NCBI GenBank assembly: GCA_002633005.1
Contig: NMRA01000959.1
Span: 1-64,000 of the forward strand
DNA: 64,000 bases
DNA from: Phoronis australis
Taxonomy: Eukaryota; Animalia; Phoronida
Direction: 5' to 3'
A model generated the notes under the pieces. The model was not told where the DNA came from, made no database searches, and saw only the letters and a list, made by a program, of their open reading frames with translations. This document shows positions 1 through 12,178 of this stretch, piece by piece; position 1 is the first letter of the stretch; each line of letters starts with the position of its first letter. The translations under genes and the position numbers were made by a program.

Positions 1-465
1 TTCTTCCTCCTAGCATTCTCAGTTCTTACACTGCAAACCAACTTCATATTACTCCACGTGCATCATGTATCTTTACAATACATTGTATAAGGTCCAGATT
101 TCTCGGTCGAACAAGGAGTGTATTACAATAGGAGTCTTCACTCCACCGTCTTGCAATTCGCCGCAATGGTTATCGGTCCAAAAACTAGCGCCCCAAGCGG
201 GCAATAATTAACACCAAGTAGTGTCGGGGTCCGCACCATGTAAACACTGATAAATTCATACAATGGTGTTTTACGAACAATAAAATTATTGTGTGGTTGA
301 AAATGGGTAAAATACGTTAACTCATATCCACTTATAATCGCATGAGAATAAAGGTGTGTGTTTTACTTAATATTAAAGTGAATTTGCTTTCATTTTCTTG
401 AAGCTCCCTTGAAAACCCATCCGTCAGTGTGTTTAATGTTGTGATTTTTTTGTAACATTTCATAC

Positions 466-590
466 CTTCTCGGACTACACAATGTTAGTGATTGGTCGTG
501 TGGGTTCAGAGGGTCGCTGCCCTCAAGTGCCAGTAAGGGGGTACAATGGAGGAGTGCAAACCAGGTAAAAACCAATGTGGTAGGAAACAT
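466..590 (-). CDS. Possible first exon of a secreted protein (signal peptide)
   Basis: ATG at 590 gives MFPTTLVFTWFALLHCTPLLA-LEGSDPLNPHDQSLTLCSPR, ending at an AG|gtatga donor (phase 2). A phase-compatible acceptor ttggtttgcag| opens a reading frame at 30..1 (SVRTENARRK). No homology recognised. Confidence 0.3.
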
Positions 591-2305
591 CGTCAAAAAT
601 TTTGATTGCTTCCCCGATCATTGACAACATGCGCTCAGGTGATGACAAGACTTTGTCCTCGGTTTGTGCAAAACTCCAAGACTTTTGCTCCCGTCAAAAA
701 CATCATGGTTTTGTTTCATGTTTGAGTTTTCAATCCGGAAAATTACATTTGATACGTCCATGGACAACAAAATTTCAATAATTGCTTTTGGGGATTCAGG
801 AGGCATTTGCCCCCGGGTGCCAGGAAGGGGATATATGGGAGGAGAGCAAAACAGGTATAACGCAATTGGTGTGTCACAAGGTGTTGAACACCTTCTATCC
901 TCACACAGTTTGGTTGCTAGACCACTATGACCATTAGCAACATGTACATGTATTGAGGGGGTGATTAGGCTTTAGTTGGCTCTCGTTTTGTGCATGGCCT
1001 GTCCTCATGTGGTTATGTCAGCACCATTCTGGGTAATTCCAACTTTTCATTTCATAGTACACCCCTTTCACTGGTGGTTTCATCTGTACCCAATAAGTTC
1101 GCATACATTACCAGCAATTCGTAAACTAGGTCATCCGCCAGGTTCTCTGCGAAAACTAGGTCATCGCTTATGGACCAGTTAGCGCTTCACTCTCCGCGTG
1201 TCTCAGTGTCTACTGGAGAGAAGCACCAGAAAGGTTGTTCTACATTTTGTAGCCCAAAATTACCAAAGTTCAAATATATTCCGTTGAAAAGGAAAGCCGG
1301 ACAAAACATATTAGTACAGATGTCTGGCCAATCAGGAGTCACTACTCGTAAGCAAATCAAAGCTGTCCTTACTCGTTGCCTTGTCTCGCACTACCCGTCA
1401 ATCGACTAGTTTTCAGTTCGCAATGCAACTATACAATTCTCATAAATTCAACTTGTAATGACCCCTTTCAATTTTAAACCATGTCCGAAGTACTCGGAAA
1501 CAAATTATTGTTAGGTACAACGAGTTTTTTTTTTTCTCTGAAGTGGATCGTAAACACCTCAGGTGGCTGAGTTTTCCGCACATAGCTACTTTGGCCTAGA
1601 GCTGAATTCTTAGCTCCCGCACTATGGGCCGGGCCGGTCAAGGGCCAATCCCTGTTGTACGCACTACTTAAGCATTGGAATCAAATTGTTATATATAGAG
1701 AAAACGTTTATTAGTATACTGGTGTGAATATTATCAGTGATTTAACCAAAAACTTCGAATTAACTAGACCCACTAATGCTAGTCTATGACGATAAACTGA
1801 TATCAAAAGGCCAAAATTGGCAATTTTCGGCGACCCCATGTTAAATACAAAATTTTGTCTAATTTTCTTCAAAATCCTACATTTCAATCTTGATTATACT
1901 GACATCTGTTGGGTCTATCGGCAACTAACCGCACATGAAAGGCTTGGTAGAAAATTATCGTTTTCTCACATGCACTTTCGGGTTTTTAGCGGCGATTCCA
2001 CTGATCGAAGCGACAAAATAAGCCAAAACTTTGGCCATACCATGTTAAACATAAAATTTTTTCCAATTTTGCTGAAACTTGGCCACGTTTTTAACAAAAT
2101 ACTTATCTATGTTATGTGCTATCGGCAAATGTGATTGATTCATAAATAAGACCCTCACGCTGTGTTTTCTGCGAATCCCATGTATTCTGAAGGGGGCTAA
2201 CTGAGTGATTTTCGCGCATGCGCAATTCACGGTTTCAATATTGCTGGTAATGAAGTTCCCTATTCACTGCACCAGGCTACTAGCAATGAAGACAATTGTT
2301 TTGGG

Positions 2306-3450
2306 AAGTACGAAAATTAAGAAACTTTAGCATGCCGTTATTATTGACAGGGACACGATAGAACGAATTTGGATTTTGACTATAGTCTTGATACAGCGAG
2401 CTGCTTAGACCACTGCGTCAGTGTCTCCGTTAGACCCAAAAATTTCACAGAGCCCGGGTAGTTCACTGACCCCCCAACATGTTTCTCGAGCCTTGGACTA
2501 TAATACTCCACGGGCGCGGTAGAGCTAACGTCCGTCGGCCTCTGCACACAAAATCTGTGAGTTAACCAGCACTCACCTTGCACGTTGCAGCCGTTTAAGT
2601 GAAAAACAATCTAGTAAACGCCATTTTCTTGCATAATCCTCCGCCCTTTGCAACAAAAAAGACTGTCGTCGATGACCCGCACACGCGCGCTCCCTCATTC
2701 TCATACGCAGACGAACTTCAAAACAAACGTCACGTGACAACAACAGACGTGTTCATCCAGAGATTTTTCTCGTGCTGTGGGTTACGGTGTAGCGAAGATT
2801 TGGACTTAATCACAATTAATCTGGACTCCACATGAACTTTAAAAATTGTAAAACATAAGGAAGATTTCAGGTAATTTGTTGAGTAGAAACTATATTTTTA
2901 TTCAGGAGTTGAAGTTTTCCTATTGACGATCGCGATTCAGCGAAGCATCAGTCAGCAAGTTTTCGCCCTGTGATGAGCACAATTTTTGAAAAATTATCGT
3001 AATTTAACAACGGAAGTTGATAGCAATGCACTACAATTTTGTAGAAAGACTGTCATAGGCTACAAATACGTCACAGAGCGTAAATTTGATGAAACTTAGT
3101 TTCCGATTTTACCCGTTTGGGAACCCGGGTTTCAACTGCTGTGGGCTACAATGAGCGTCGGACTCCCCTCCCCGTGATATGATTTTTTCTAGGCGTAGCC
3201 AATACAGTATACAGCTTTCCACCAAGGCTAGGTGATGCTATGACATTATTCTTTGTTGCATTAGTAACTGGTCTTGGCTAATTATCATTTTATGGCCTGG
3301 TCATCCATTCAGCCAAAAGTAGTTCCAGAGATGGCTTATCAGCCAATTATTCACTTATGCTGACTCACAATAGAAGCCTGATAAGAGTGAAGGTGGATAA
3401 ATGCGGATTTCCTACAGTTTCTTGTGGTAGTGGATGTGTTCAAGACATGA
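2306..3450. repeat. ~1.15 kb direct repeat, copy 1 (copy 2 at 7663-8809)
   Basis: Colinear, highly similar sequence from aagtacgaaaattaagaa to ggatgtgttca.gacatga. The ORF track shows paired near-identical ORFs at 2599 and 7951. Confidence 0.95.
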
Positions 3451-4612
3451 TATTACTGGTGTATTATGCAAACAAGCTATATTCTACACCATTAATCATT
3501 GGCACAGTCATTGAGGCACAAATTTTACCCAGTCTCAAGTGCTTTGTATGATTTTTGTTGCCAGACAATGCCAGAATATCCTCCTAATAACATTCAGACT
3601 AAGTTTGCAGTTGTGCAATAGGTGTCACTTAACATTTTTTTTAAATTTAACTGTTTACAATTAGTCTACAATAGTATAACATGTAATGTGAGTGTATTAT
3701 TGTTCAATACCATGACATAGATGGGACCATATTACTTGGTTTACAAAAAAGGTAGCAAAAACTGTTGTTTTTACAAATATAAGTTTTCTAAGCTCTATGG
3801 TGGTTACAGTGCAACTTCAAACTCAAAATTCTCAAAAATGTGCAACTTTTTGTGTGGAACCTTTTTACATTTTGAAAACAATATAGTAAATGAGTGAAAA
3901 AACACCAAAATAAAATTGCCCCCTTAAAGTTCACGTGTACTCACAAAAACCATTTTCTAGAAGCCCTACACATTCTGGTCCACCGCCTATAAACAAAACG
4001 CTTGTTGCAGTCACTATAATAAATACAATAAATATTAAAATAAAAACTAAGACACATCATAACCAGAGATCACTTAAAAGGCTTTGTAGCAGTATGCTAG
4101 CTATGGGTAATGGTAGCTGAAATCTTCCAACATTTAACATTGTAGGAATTGTGTGCATTTGGTGCATTCTCATTTTAACTTGTTGCATAACATGGTACAT
4201 GTATGGTTAAGCATTCTAATGCCACCATCATTGTTAATGTTCTCGGCACAGTGCACATTGTATACACTGTTAAAATGAACCAGTTACATGTAATTCTATT
4301 CACAGTCAGGGGTAAAACACAAACAATAAATAACTGCCGATTTACCGTATACCTTTAATAAGTTTGAAAGATTCTAGTCGCACGCAAACCCTTAAGTAAG
4401 TCGTCAATATATTAGAAAAACTTGCCTTCACAAAATATATGACTGGAAAATGTTACGACAGTTACATGCAATTTTAAAGTAAACGTGTAGTGCACCTAAA
4501 AATAGAACATGTATCAGTTTTCTTCTAACGACACATAGACCTAATTCACGCTGACAGGAGGCGCGTTCCAAAAAGATGCTCGCTACAATAGCTCTTGGCT
4601 TATCGGCATTCT

Positions 4613-4741
4613 GGTTGTACTCCACTTTGCTCGAAGGGCTAAAAAATACGGACACACAACTGTCTAACCGTCTCTTTTACAATCCCTAAGGATGTTGAAG
4701 TTCGGAAGCGTTGGGTCGTTGCAATACGCGTGGACGAAGGA
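4613..4741 (+). pseudogene. THAP zinc-finger remnant, probably from a DNA transposon
   Basis: One frame reads GCTPLCSKG*KIRTHNCLTVSFTIPKDVEVRKRWVVAIRVDEG, matching the THAP N-terminal pattern C-x-P-x-C...F-x-x-P-K-D...R-x-x-W-x-x-A-I-R. It has an internal stop and lacks the C-terminal half. Confidence 0.55.
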
Positions 4742-7662
4742 ATTATGTCCGTGTAAAATTAATAAATGTTTTCGAAAATTTGGATCATATTTTGTCGCAT
4801 CTATTCTCGGTCGGTTGCTGAGCTTCAACGACCTGGAATTTTCGGCCGGCCAGGCTGTGTTTTCATGACTGCAGGTTGAAAAATGAGGCATTTTTCTTTC
4901 CAAAATTGTCATGGCCCTCAATCTCTCGATTTTAAAACCGAATATCAACCCCATTCCTCCCTCAAAAATATTGAAAAATCCCCCCAAATAACCCCACGAA
5001 GACCTAAATACTCTTGAGCACTCAGTGAGTTCTCTCCCGCGAAGTTCAAATCGCCTGTAGATACACAGGTGACAATTTGAAAGAGCACAAAATGTTCATC
5101 GCAGCGAGCCTCGCTTTGGATTTTAATGTCTGCAGAGTGAATTAGGTCTATAGAACCCACAATCTGTTATCAACGTTGTGTCTATGTCAGTTTATGTCTC
5201 CATCATCTCAACTTTGCAAAGTTTTAAGAAAAATGAGGTGCAAACATGTTGTATCCGTGGACACAAAGAGCTATTTTGAAATCGTTCATTTTGTGTGACT
5301 TGTGTCTGAAGACATTTCTGACAGAGCATTGTAACAGTTGGTGTTATTTATCGGTTGGACTTCATTACCCCTATCAAACAGTGAATTGTTTGTGTTATTT
5401 CGTTATACATCGCCGATAATAAAAATGTTTTTCCATAATTACGTATTTCCAAATTGATTCCCCGGATATGGAATGGGACAATTATCATGTTATTACCTTT
5501 GTTGTTTTGCGGTCATTGAGCCCTACAATTTTGCTAAATTTTAAAACAAATATATGTTCAGGTGACTCAATGGCTTGCAGATCACTGAAATATTATAGAA
5601 TAAGTTTTACATAACCTGTTCTATCAGAAAATGTATCGCATACTATTCACCAAATCAGAATCCATTCGGATGTTTAGCAAGGACTTGGTCTGTCACTAAT
5701 GTGACGAGATTTCAACCCACAAACATGAACCAAAATACACAGGGACATAAGTTTTTGAAACACTTTTCAGGTCTTGAATTTTTTCGAATCAGGGATAATT
5801 GAGCAATTACGAATTTTAACGTAACATCGTTACATTTATGCTTTTGCTCGGACAACGGTTGCATGTTCACATCTCACGCCAGTTTCACTGTACGATGTTA
5901 TTGCAAAAGTATAAGGAGGACAAATTTAAAGTATTGTGTGGTTAACCTGACCTGTGTCTGGATATCAATGTGTACGTTCCGTAATAATTAACCAGATAGC
6001 TATTCTCATAAACCCTAACAGATTCTTGTAAACTTTTGAGGGCAGGCTGATTAAACAATCAAACATTGAAAAACATATTTAGCACAAAACAAGTGACGGA
6101 CGTTGACCCGAACACTTTACAATGATGACGAAACGTTTGCTAAGCCAATGTTTACCCTCACCTCTTCAACTTCTTTCTCAGTGAGAAGAACGTTGCCGGG
6201 TTTCTGAGCCATGTCGTAACTATGAACTTTTGGATCCCTGTGGTTACAACACAATGTTTTTATAAGATATAAGCAGTTTCTGTATCAATGAGTTGGGTCA
6301 CAACTTTCGATGCGTGATTGCTGAAATTAGGTCACCAACGCAGCCAATAGATGACTGGTAATGTTGTTATCTTCGTCTATAACGTTACGGTCGCAGGAAG
6401 CGGGGAGGCACGTTTCTTCCATTAAAGCTTGCAGAGGCCAGGGTTAAACATTGTTAATTGTTGGGAGAGGGGGAGACTTATTGCAACCAGAGTGATCTAA
6501 TTAATGCAATGCAATTTTCATACGTGTCCATGCATTTCCAAAAAGTCGAGAAATTTTGTAAACACAACTTGTGTTTAAATTCCAGAAAGCAAATTTAGGA
6601 ATGCAAAACTATTTTGTTCTCGATAGACCCCCTTCCGGCAAAGGAAACTGGACAAACCCGTTGCTTGCATAGTCACTTGATAAAATTTTATACCTGACAG
6701 AATGCTGCTCCTTTGTTATTTGTTTTTATATGAAAGCATATGGATGGGACGCTAGGGGCACAACCATTGGAAGGTGTTTTAGGGGCACATTCATGATTGG
6801 ATGAGTCCTGATGAAGGCTTCTACGCCATCACGCAAACTTGTTTGTGTTTCAAAACTCTTTAACACGACGAGTTATAAGTAAATTTGAGGAAGTGATGTT
6901 GATAAGAAATGAGGCGTGAAAAGTTATTAGTACGGAGAAGAAGGACTACGACATTTACCACTCAGTCAACTATTTGATTTTATACACCAGGTGTTCCTGA
7001 GGAAGTAAGGTTTTGGTGCTCAAGTGTTATCTGCTTAAATTGCTGCATCGACACAAATTTAATCTTTCCGAGGTGCAAATTTCACCTTTGCTAATGCTAT
7101 GAACATTCCCACTAAATAAAATTGATTCTAACCCCAGTGGTTAAGGTAAACGGCGGGGTATGGAAAATTGAACTAGACCGTATTTATCCACCTTGGCTGA
7201 GTCACACTCTGCTCACGACCAAAGGGATGCCGCCAGGCTGCTCTAGTCATCGAGTCACGAGCGAGGGGCTGATTACAATCTAGCTAGCAGACTGTACTTT
7301 TTATGGTGAGAGTTTTACGTAGTTTTTACTGTAATATTTGAAAAGAGGAGCGAAAACAAATATGAGTACAACTTTGATTTTTTCAAATCGGCCCAGGATA
7401 AGAGATTTTGCAACACAGCAACACTCACGATTACTTTCATTCGGCGCGCACTAATACAAAAATATATGACCCAAGTTATTTAGATTTTGGAACACATGCA
7501 TTGCAATATTCAAAATACTTCTATTATGAATCTTACAAGCTGTAAAACGACGTTGTTAATTTCATTGTGTTCATTCATTGTCATCCGTCAAATCGGCAAT
7601 TTCCGAGATGTGATCTGCGGCGTGCGCGTATGTGTACAAAACACGTGATTGTTATGTTCCTG

Positions 7663-8809
7663 AAGTACGAAAATTAAGAAGGCTTTAACATGCCGTTATT
7701 ATTGACAGGGACACGATAAAACGAATTTGGATTTTGACTATAGTCTTGATACAGCGATCTGACTGACCACTGCGTCAGTGTCTCCGTTAGACCCAGAAAT
7801 TTCACACAGCCCGGGTAGTTCATTTCGTCCCCAACATGTAGATCGAGCCTTGGACTATTAATACTCCACGGCAGAGCTAACGACAGTCGGCCTGTGCACA
7901 CAAAATCTGTGAGTTAACCAGCACTCACCTTGCACGTTACAGCCGTTTAAGTGAAAAACAATCTAGTAAACGCCATTTTCTTGCATAATCCTCCGCCTTT
8001 TGTAACAAAAAAGTCTATCGTCGATGACCCGCACACGCACGCTCACTCACTCTCATACACAGACGACCTTCAAAACAAACGTCACGTGACAACAACATGT
8101 GTGTTCATCCAGAGATTTTTCTCTTGTTGTGGAGTACGATGTAGCGCACATTTGGACTTAATCGCAATTAATCTGGACTCCACATGAACTTTAAAAATTG
8201 TAAAACATCAGGAAGATTTCAGGTAATTTGTTGAGTCGAAACTATATTTTTATTCAAGAGTACAAGTTTTCCTATTGACGATGGCGATTCAGCGGCGACG
8301 CATCAGTCAGCAAGTTTTCGCCCTGTGATGAGCGCAATTTTTTGAAAAATTATCGTAATTTAACAACGGAAGTTCATAGCAATGCACCACAATTTTGTAG
8401 AAAGACTGCCATAGGCTAAAAATTCGTCACAAAACGTAAATTTTATGAATCCTAGCTTCCGATTTTACCCGTTTGGGAAACCGGCTTTCAAATGCCGTAG
8501 GCTACAATAAGAATCCCCTCCCCATGAAATGATTTTTTCTAAGCCTTTATTAGAGCCAATACATTATACAGCTTTCCACCAAGGCTAGGTGATACTACGA
8601 CATTATTCTTTGTTGCATTAGTAACTGGTCTTGGCTAATATTATCATTTTATGGCCTGGTCATCCATTCAGCCAAAAGTAGTTCCAGAGGTGGCTTATCA
8701 GCCAATTATTCACGCATGCTGACTTACAATAGAAGCCTGATAAAAGTGAAGGTGGATAAATGCGGTGTTCCTACAGTTTCTTGTTTTATTGGATGTGTTC
8801 ACGACATGA
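7663..8809. repeat. ~1.15 kb direct repeat, copy 2
   Basis: Colinear with 2306-3450, with scattered substitutions and small indels. Confidence 0.95.
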
Positions 8810-10629
8810 CAAGATAATGCTACTTGTTTTTTCAATTTGTATTTCAAACTCGGTGTTTTTATAGGAATTCGTGAAATGTTGCATTCCACGAAACGACTGA
8901 CCCAATTTTAGGCATGTCAGCCAATGGCTCGTACAAACAGGTTTCATGACCCACGACCCCTGTCGAGGTGTGGTTCGCCGTCGTCCACGCCTTTATTCTT
9001 CTAAGTCTCGAGCAACTCGCATATATAATTATCATGACAAGTGATGTGCTGAAAAGCTCTTGTGTTAGTAACAAATTACATGTAGGAGATTCATGCAACA
9101 TTAAGGGGATTAATCATAAACTTGTGTGACGTCACAACATTCTAAGCAATTCGGACAAGGATCTGGAAAATTACGAAAGAAAATGAAACGCTTGCAGCTG
9201 GCCCATTTTGAATCTAGTTCTATTGTACATGTATGTCACTGAATATCGACAGTTTGCACTTATTTTCTACCTCATTTGCAAATTCACGCTATGTTTCTAC
9301 TTTTTTACAAAGATCACAACGAAAGTACAGGAATAAGTTTAGAAATGGTAAATGATCCACTAATTTTGATTTTCAAGGAACAATACTAAAACGAAGGTTT
9401 CGGAAATCAAAAGATTTGAAAATGCATTGCGTTCCAAAGTCGTGTCTATTTTTGTGTCAAAATTTGACTCACTTTTTGGTCGGGTTGGCCATCATGCTCT
9501 ACGAGTTTATTTTTTTAAATTTTCTAACATTCAATTTTAAAGACACATGATCTTATGTTTCATTCTCTAGAATCCAAGTGTCTTCACATAAGTTTAAACA
9601 TGCAGTTGTAGTAACGATTTAAAAACTGCTCACAATTTATCACGTAGGACTGCGTTGCACCGAATACATTCGGACTTCTGTTGAACTGAACCCATATGCA
9701 ACCGGCTAGTTGGTCATCGGCATACATGTATCTCTAAGCCTGTAACATTTGTAGTCACACAGTTACCAGTAGCCATTTTGGAAACCAGATCTTTTTCGGT
9801 GACCTTGTGATGCTTTCACTGACACATGAGTGCGTTACTTTTTTACGCAAACACTTACAATTTATTGATTTTAGACACTAAAGAGTACATTGTATAGATA
9901 CGATGCAAACGTATTAACAATAGTCTTTATATGTCCAGCTTACAGACAGTAGTTACAAGATGAACAGTAGTGTATGTACAAAGTGAATCACTGCTTTGCT
10001 TACCAGTGCCTGGCCTTGGTTATTCAATTTGTATTTTTACATGACTTTGTTCAGTTGGATTGCGCTTTCAGCTTTCATCATAGAACCATGGCCCTGGAAT
10101 TACAAACCTGGTTTCACAGCTGTTGCGCATGCATGAGCGTTGCTTGCATTTGTTTGTTTGAGTGTGTGTTGTTGCTATAAAATTTACAGTCATTGAAATC
10201 GTTCGCAACACCGCCGTTTTCCAATCAAATTAGACGAGCCACATCAAAGAAAGCCCTGTGTAGGTTCTCGTTGATTACACCAAAAGCAAATGTGAACAAT
10301 AACATCGTGTAATAGCAACAACAAAGGAGATGAACCAGAAATGTCGTTTATTTGACTTGTTTAACCATTGGGAAATCAACTTTCAAAAAGTTCTACCCTA
10401 TAAAAACAAAGACTGTCAGAATTTAGATCCCTCACACTTGCTGTTGGTACATGTACTTATAATACAATTTTCCTTGGTAAAACATGTATTAATTGAGCCA
10501 ACCTGTACATAGTTATACAGTAATATAAAATCTAATCAAGTACATCAAACAGAGTTGAAACATTGAACACTATAAATCCTTCATGCTGGATCAAATAAAA
10601 CATGACCACCTTGCCTGGAATCTTTCAGG

Positions 10630-11070
10630 CGTCAATTTATAATTTTTACCAGGTTGTAGTAAACACAAACCTCCCATAAAAATGACACAACTCATTATTG
10701 TAAATAAGTGTTCCAGGTTGTGGTAAACACAGACCTTCCGTAAGATGTCACAATTTATAATTGTAAATATTTATTCCAGGTCGTGGTAAACACAAACCTA
10801 CCGTAAAATGACACAATTTATAATTGTAAATAATTATTCCAGGTTGTGGTAATTACAAGACTCTCGTAAAATTGACACAATTTATAATTGTAAATATTTA
10901 TTCCAGGTCGTAGTAAACACAAACCTACCGTAAAATGACACAATTTATAATTGTAAATAATTATTCCAGGTTGTGGTAATTACAAGCCTCTCGTAAAATT
11001 GACACAATTTATAATTGTAAATAATTATTCCAGGTCGTGGTAAACACAAACCTCCTATAAAAATGACACA
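10630..11070. repeat. Minisatellite, 63-64 bp unit, ~7 copies
   Basis: ccagg anchors at 10649, 10713, 10776, 10839, 10903, 10966 and 11030. Unit is approximately ccaggtcgtggtaaacacaaacctaccgtaaaatgacacaatttataattgtaaataattatt. Confidence 0.95.
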
Positions 11071-12000
11071 GTTTTGGGCTAAGTCTGTTGCAGTTTTTCT
11101 CTAAAGGAATGAAATTTTACCAAGCAAGAAATTAAGTTTACAACTCCCAGTCTACAAGCTGTATCTCCAAGTAAAGCAGTAGACACAAAAATCCTGAACA
11201 AGTGAACTTTCCCAACACAAATGTAGAATTGTCAGTTAAAGAGCACAAAGACAATTGATTTACACCTATTTTCTTTAAGCAAGAGTTTTTGCCAATAAGA
11301 ATGTGGATGATATGGCTATGAAACCTTCTACATGTATGTCTGACATGGGAAGTATGATGTTAATTTACAGAAGGAATTTTTTTCAACCTACCATGTTTGC
11401 AAGCGTTAATATTAGCTGCAACACAGATGTTAGTGCAGCGTTTTCTCGAACGGGAGAAGAATCACACAAAATGCCTAACAGCGCTATTCTTGGTAATTTT
11501 TGTAGTTGAAAAGAAAAATGCGAGTGCTGCAAAACCCATCAAAACTTTCCTTTGGTTTTTTAGTCGTGCGAAAAAACTATGACTATGTCGCGTGGGAAAA
11601 GATAAGGGTGTACCACATATCAATTTTGCCGTATGTATAAAAGCGAGACACTTAGGAGGTGTGACGGAACGGCGGAAAAACCGAAATGATGGGACGGTCC
11701 TCCAAGAGCGCGCTACTTGGCAGATACACTTTACGCTGTCACCAACACGGTAAAATCTCACTGATTTCGGAGGTAAAAAATATTGATGTTTATGTTTTGA
11801 ACCTGTCAGATTTTAAGGAAACTCAGATGTATCCCTATCGGCAGATGTCCTCACTTGAAATAAACTACTCCAATGTTTAGAAAATCGGGTCGTTTTCGGC
11901 CTGCCTGTTATTTTGTGAAATGAATAAATATTACCAAAATAAGGTTTTCATAGTCAACTAATTGCGTTCTAGGTCCAAAATTGGTTTTCAACGTTCCACA

Positions 12001-12178
12001 AACTTCGGGCAATGTCATCAACGTCGCATTTCTGTCCCTCTAATTTCAGGCAATGCCATTAATGTCACATTTCTGCAACTCTAATTTCGGAAAATGCCAT
12101 AACTGTCCCATTTCTGTCCCTCTAATTTCGAACAATGCCATCAATGTCGCAATTCTTTCGCTCTAATTTCGGACAATG
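12001..12178. repeat. Minisatellite, 41 bp unit, ~4 copies
   Basis: ctctaatttc recurs at 12038, 12079, 12120 and 12161. Confidence 0.9.

Noticed and set aside
1620-1650. Transib-like terminus CACTATGGGCC
   Set aside because: No matching inverted end was found in the window.
6162-6212. Possible first exon MAQKPGNVLLTEKEVEE|gtgagg (minus)
   Set aside because: Good donor site, but only 17 codons and no convincing downstream exon or homology.
6805-6842. Hammerhead ribozyme-like ctgatga-aggc...gcc
   Set aside because: The GAAA core after stem II is missing and I could not close stems I and III.
10004-10093. Exon-like segment (minus) with good splice sites
   Set aside because: Stops occur in all three frames; it cannot be linked to the BTB gene.
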